Source: an uncultured Bacillales bacterium (GTDB lineage: Bacteria > Bacillota_I > Bacilli_A > RF39 > UBA660). From it: DNA of 64,000 bases. The stretch is from positions 435 through 64,434 of the forward strand of contig CAMNCL010000005.1 of NCBI GenBank assembly GCA_946534345.1, given 5' to 3'. Positions 63,148 through 64,000 of the stretch are shown in pieces (positions within the stretch are counted from its first letter, which is position 1; each line of letters opens with the position of its first letter). The position numbers and the translations under genes were made by a program. The notes under the pieces were generated by a model, which saw only the letters and a program-made list of their open reading frames with translations, was not told the origin of the DNA and did no database searches.

Positions 63148-64000
63148 ATTGAACTGGTGTTACAGGTGCTTCCACCATTGCTGGTTGTTCTACAGCTGGT
63201 GCTACTTCAGGAACTACTGGAGCAACTCCTTGCATTGTAGGATCAGCAGCTGGCGCCATTTCTGGCATTGCAGGTTCACTAGCAACTGGTTGTTCTACAG
63301 CTGGTGTTTCTACCATTGCTGGTTCTTGAACAACTGGTTCTGCTGCAGGAGCTACTTCTGGAACTGCAGGTTGTTCTACCATAACAGGTTCTGGAGCAGC
63401 TGCAGGTGCAACTGAAGGCATAGTTTGGGTATTTTCTAATGGATCTGCACCACCATAAATTTGGTGATTAGTTTCCTGATTAACATTAATATTATCAACA
63501 GCTGGACTAGCTCCTCCATAAATTACTGGAGCTTCTTGAGCAACTGGCTCTGCTGCTGGTGCCATTTCTGGCATTGCAGGTTCTGCTGCTGGTGCAGCTT
63601 CTGGCATTGCAGAATCTACTGCTGGTGCAATTGGTTCAACTGCTGGTGCAACTTCTGGCATTGCAGGTTCTGCTGCTGGTGCCATTGGTTCAACTGCTGG
63701 CGCCATTTCTGGCATTGCAGGTTCTGCTGCTGGTGCAATTGGTTCAACTGCTGGTGCAACTTCTGGCATTGCAGGTTCTACTGCAGGTGCTGCCATCGGA
63801 TCAACTACTGGAGCTGCCATAGCGTCCATTGGTTGTTCTACAGCTGGCATTTCTGGCATTGCAGGAGCCATAGGGTCAACTGCTGGTGCAACTTCTGGCA
63901 TTGCAGGTTCTACTGCAGGTGCTGCCATTGGTTCAACTGCTGGAGCTGCCATAGCATCCATTGGTTGTTCTACTGGTGTTGCGATATCTGCTGGCATTGC
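63146..64000 (-). CDS. C-terminal part of a Pro/Ala/Met/Glu/Val-rich repetitive protein (5' end outside window)
   Basis: The frame is open to the window edge (855 nt, in frame). It has degenerate units such as APAVEPMAPAAEPAMPEMA, and a central non-repeat segment with two IYGGA(S/D)P motifs. Confidence 0.7.
   Translation of the reverse strand, partial: AMPADIATPVEQPMDAMAAPAVEPMAAPAVEPAMPEVAPAVDPMAPAMPEMPAVEQPMDAMAAPVVDPMAAPAVEPAMPEVAPAVEPIAPAAEPAMPEMAPAVEPMAPAAEPAMPEVAPAVEPIAPAVDSAMPEAAPAAEPAMPEMAPAAEPVAQEAPVIYGGASPAVDNINVNQETNHQIYGGADPLENTQTMPSVAPAAAPEPVMVEQPAVPEVAPAAEPVVQEPAMVETPAVEQPVASEPAMPEMAPAADPTMQGVAPVVPEVAPAVEQPAMVEAPVTPVQ
63744..63973 (-). repeat. imperfect 98-nt direct repeat at 132-bp spacing within a shorter degenerate repeat field
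   Basis: By manual alignment, 63744..63841 recurs at 63876..63973 with about four substitutions. The motif ctggtgcaacttctggcattgcaggttc occurs at least four times between 63640 and 63910. Confidence 0.7.

Noticed and set aside
1-64000. An alternative genetic code (TGA as Trp, as in Mollicutes), considered because of the extreme AT richness
   Set aside because: Long ORFs are intact under code 11. Trp is encoded by TGG in conserved motifs. TGA serves as the stop in the ATGA overlaps at 14327..14330 and 22161..22164.
63146-64000. The GC-rich patch as a horizontally acquired island
   Set aside because: The GC rise coincides exactly with Pro/Ala/Val/Glu codons of a repetitive protein and ends at its stop codon. 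Amino-acid composition explains it.
1-64000. CRISPR arrays, tRNA/rRNA genes, IS elements, integrases, prophage modules
   Set aside because: I scanned by eye for spaced direct repeats, tRNA-like GC-rich cloverleaf segments (GGTTCGAATCC-type T-loops) and DDE or tyrosine-recombinase motifs in the translations. None was found. This is not a computational search, so short or degenerate elements could have been missed.

Overview
This is a 64-kb window from a very AT-rich, low-GC Bacillota-type chromosome. GC was judged by eye, not computed. Supporting signs are GGAGG-type ribosome-binding sites, TTGACA/TATAAT-like promoters, the Firmicute ireB-ruvX-DUF1292-mltG-O-methyltransferase block, a CIRCE operator and an S-box riboswitch. 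Pyruvate:ferredoxin oxidoreductase suggests an anaerobe. I call about 65 protein genes, all but four on the minus strand. I found no rRNA, tRNA, CRISPR array, transposase or integrase. Recognisable housekeeping genes are mltG, ruvX, ireB-like, rhomboid protease, rluD, hsp20, a PiT/DUF47 phosphate transporter pair, recG, PFOR (nifJ), and a Fur-family repressor with a metal exporter. I re-assigned several ORF-track starts where the listed TTG/GTG start lies inside the Shine-Dalgarno of a better downstream ATG. The unusual content, in order of interest: (1) A 1720-aa protein has a textbook prepilin N-terminus (MKKGNKG|FTLIE), then about 8 repeated acidic modules and two Listeria-Bacteroides-repeat-like inserts. 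It sits in a 13-kb same-strand block with GT4, Alg14-like and Alg13::GtrA glycosyltransferase genes and two phosphodiester-glycosidase paralogues, with no pilus machinery in the window. (2) An orphan ~990-aa adenosine-deaminase-fold protein has large helical insertions (RADAR RdrB-like architecture, no RdrA) and is translationally coupled to a 127-aa ORF. (3) A SAM-I riboswitch controls a three-gene operon ending in a miniaturised 259-aa MetK-like protein. (4) Two adjacent hybrid histidine kinases have complementary defects: one lacks the H-box His, the other lacks the ATP-lid G boxes. An HPt protein elsewhere in the window carries an 84-bp tandem-repeat acidic array. (5) A TelA/XpaC/vWA/SBP/AAA+/PPP-phosphatase cluster. 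(6) A candidate type I toxin-like small ORF, two candidate C-rich sRNAs flanking recG, and a macro-domain three-gene module. All functional calls rest on motif recognition by eye. No database search was run.
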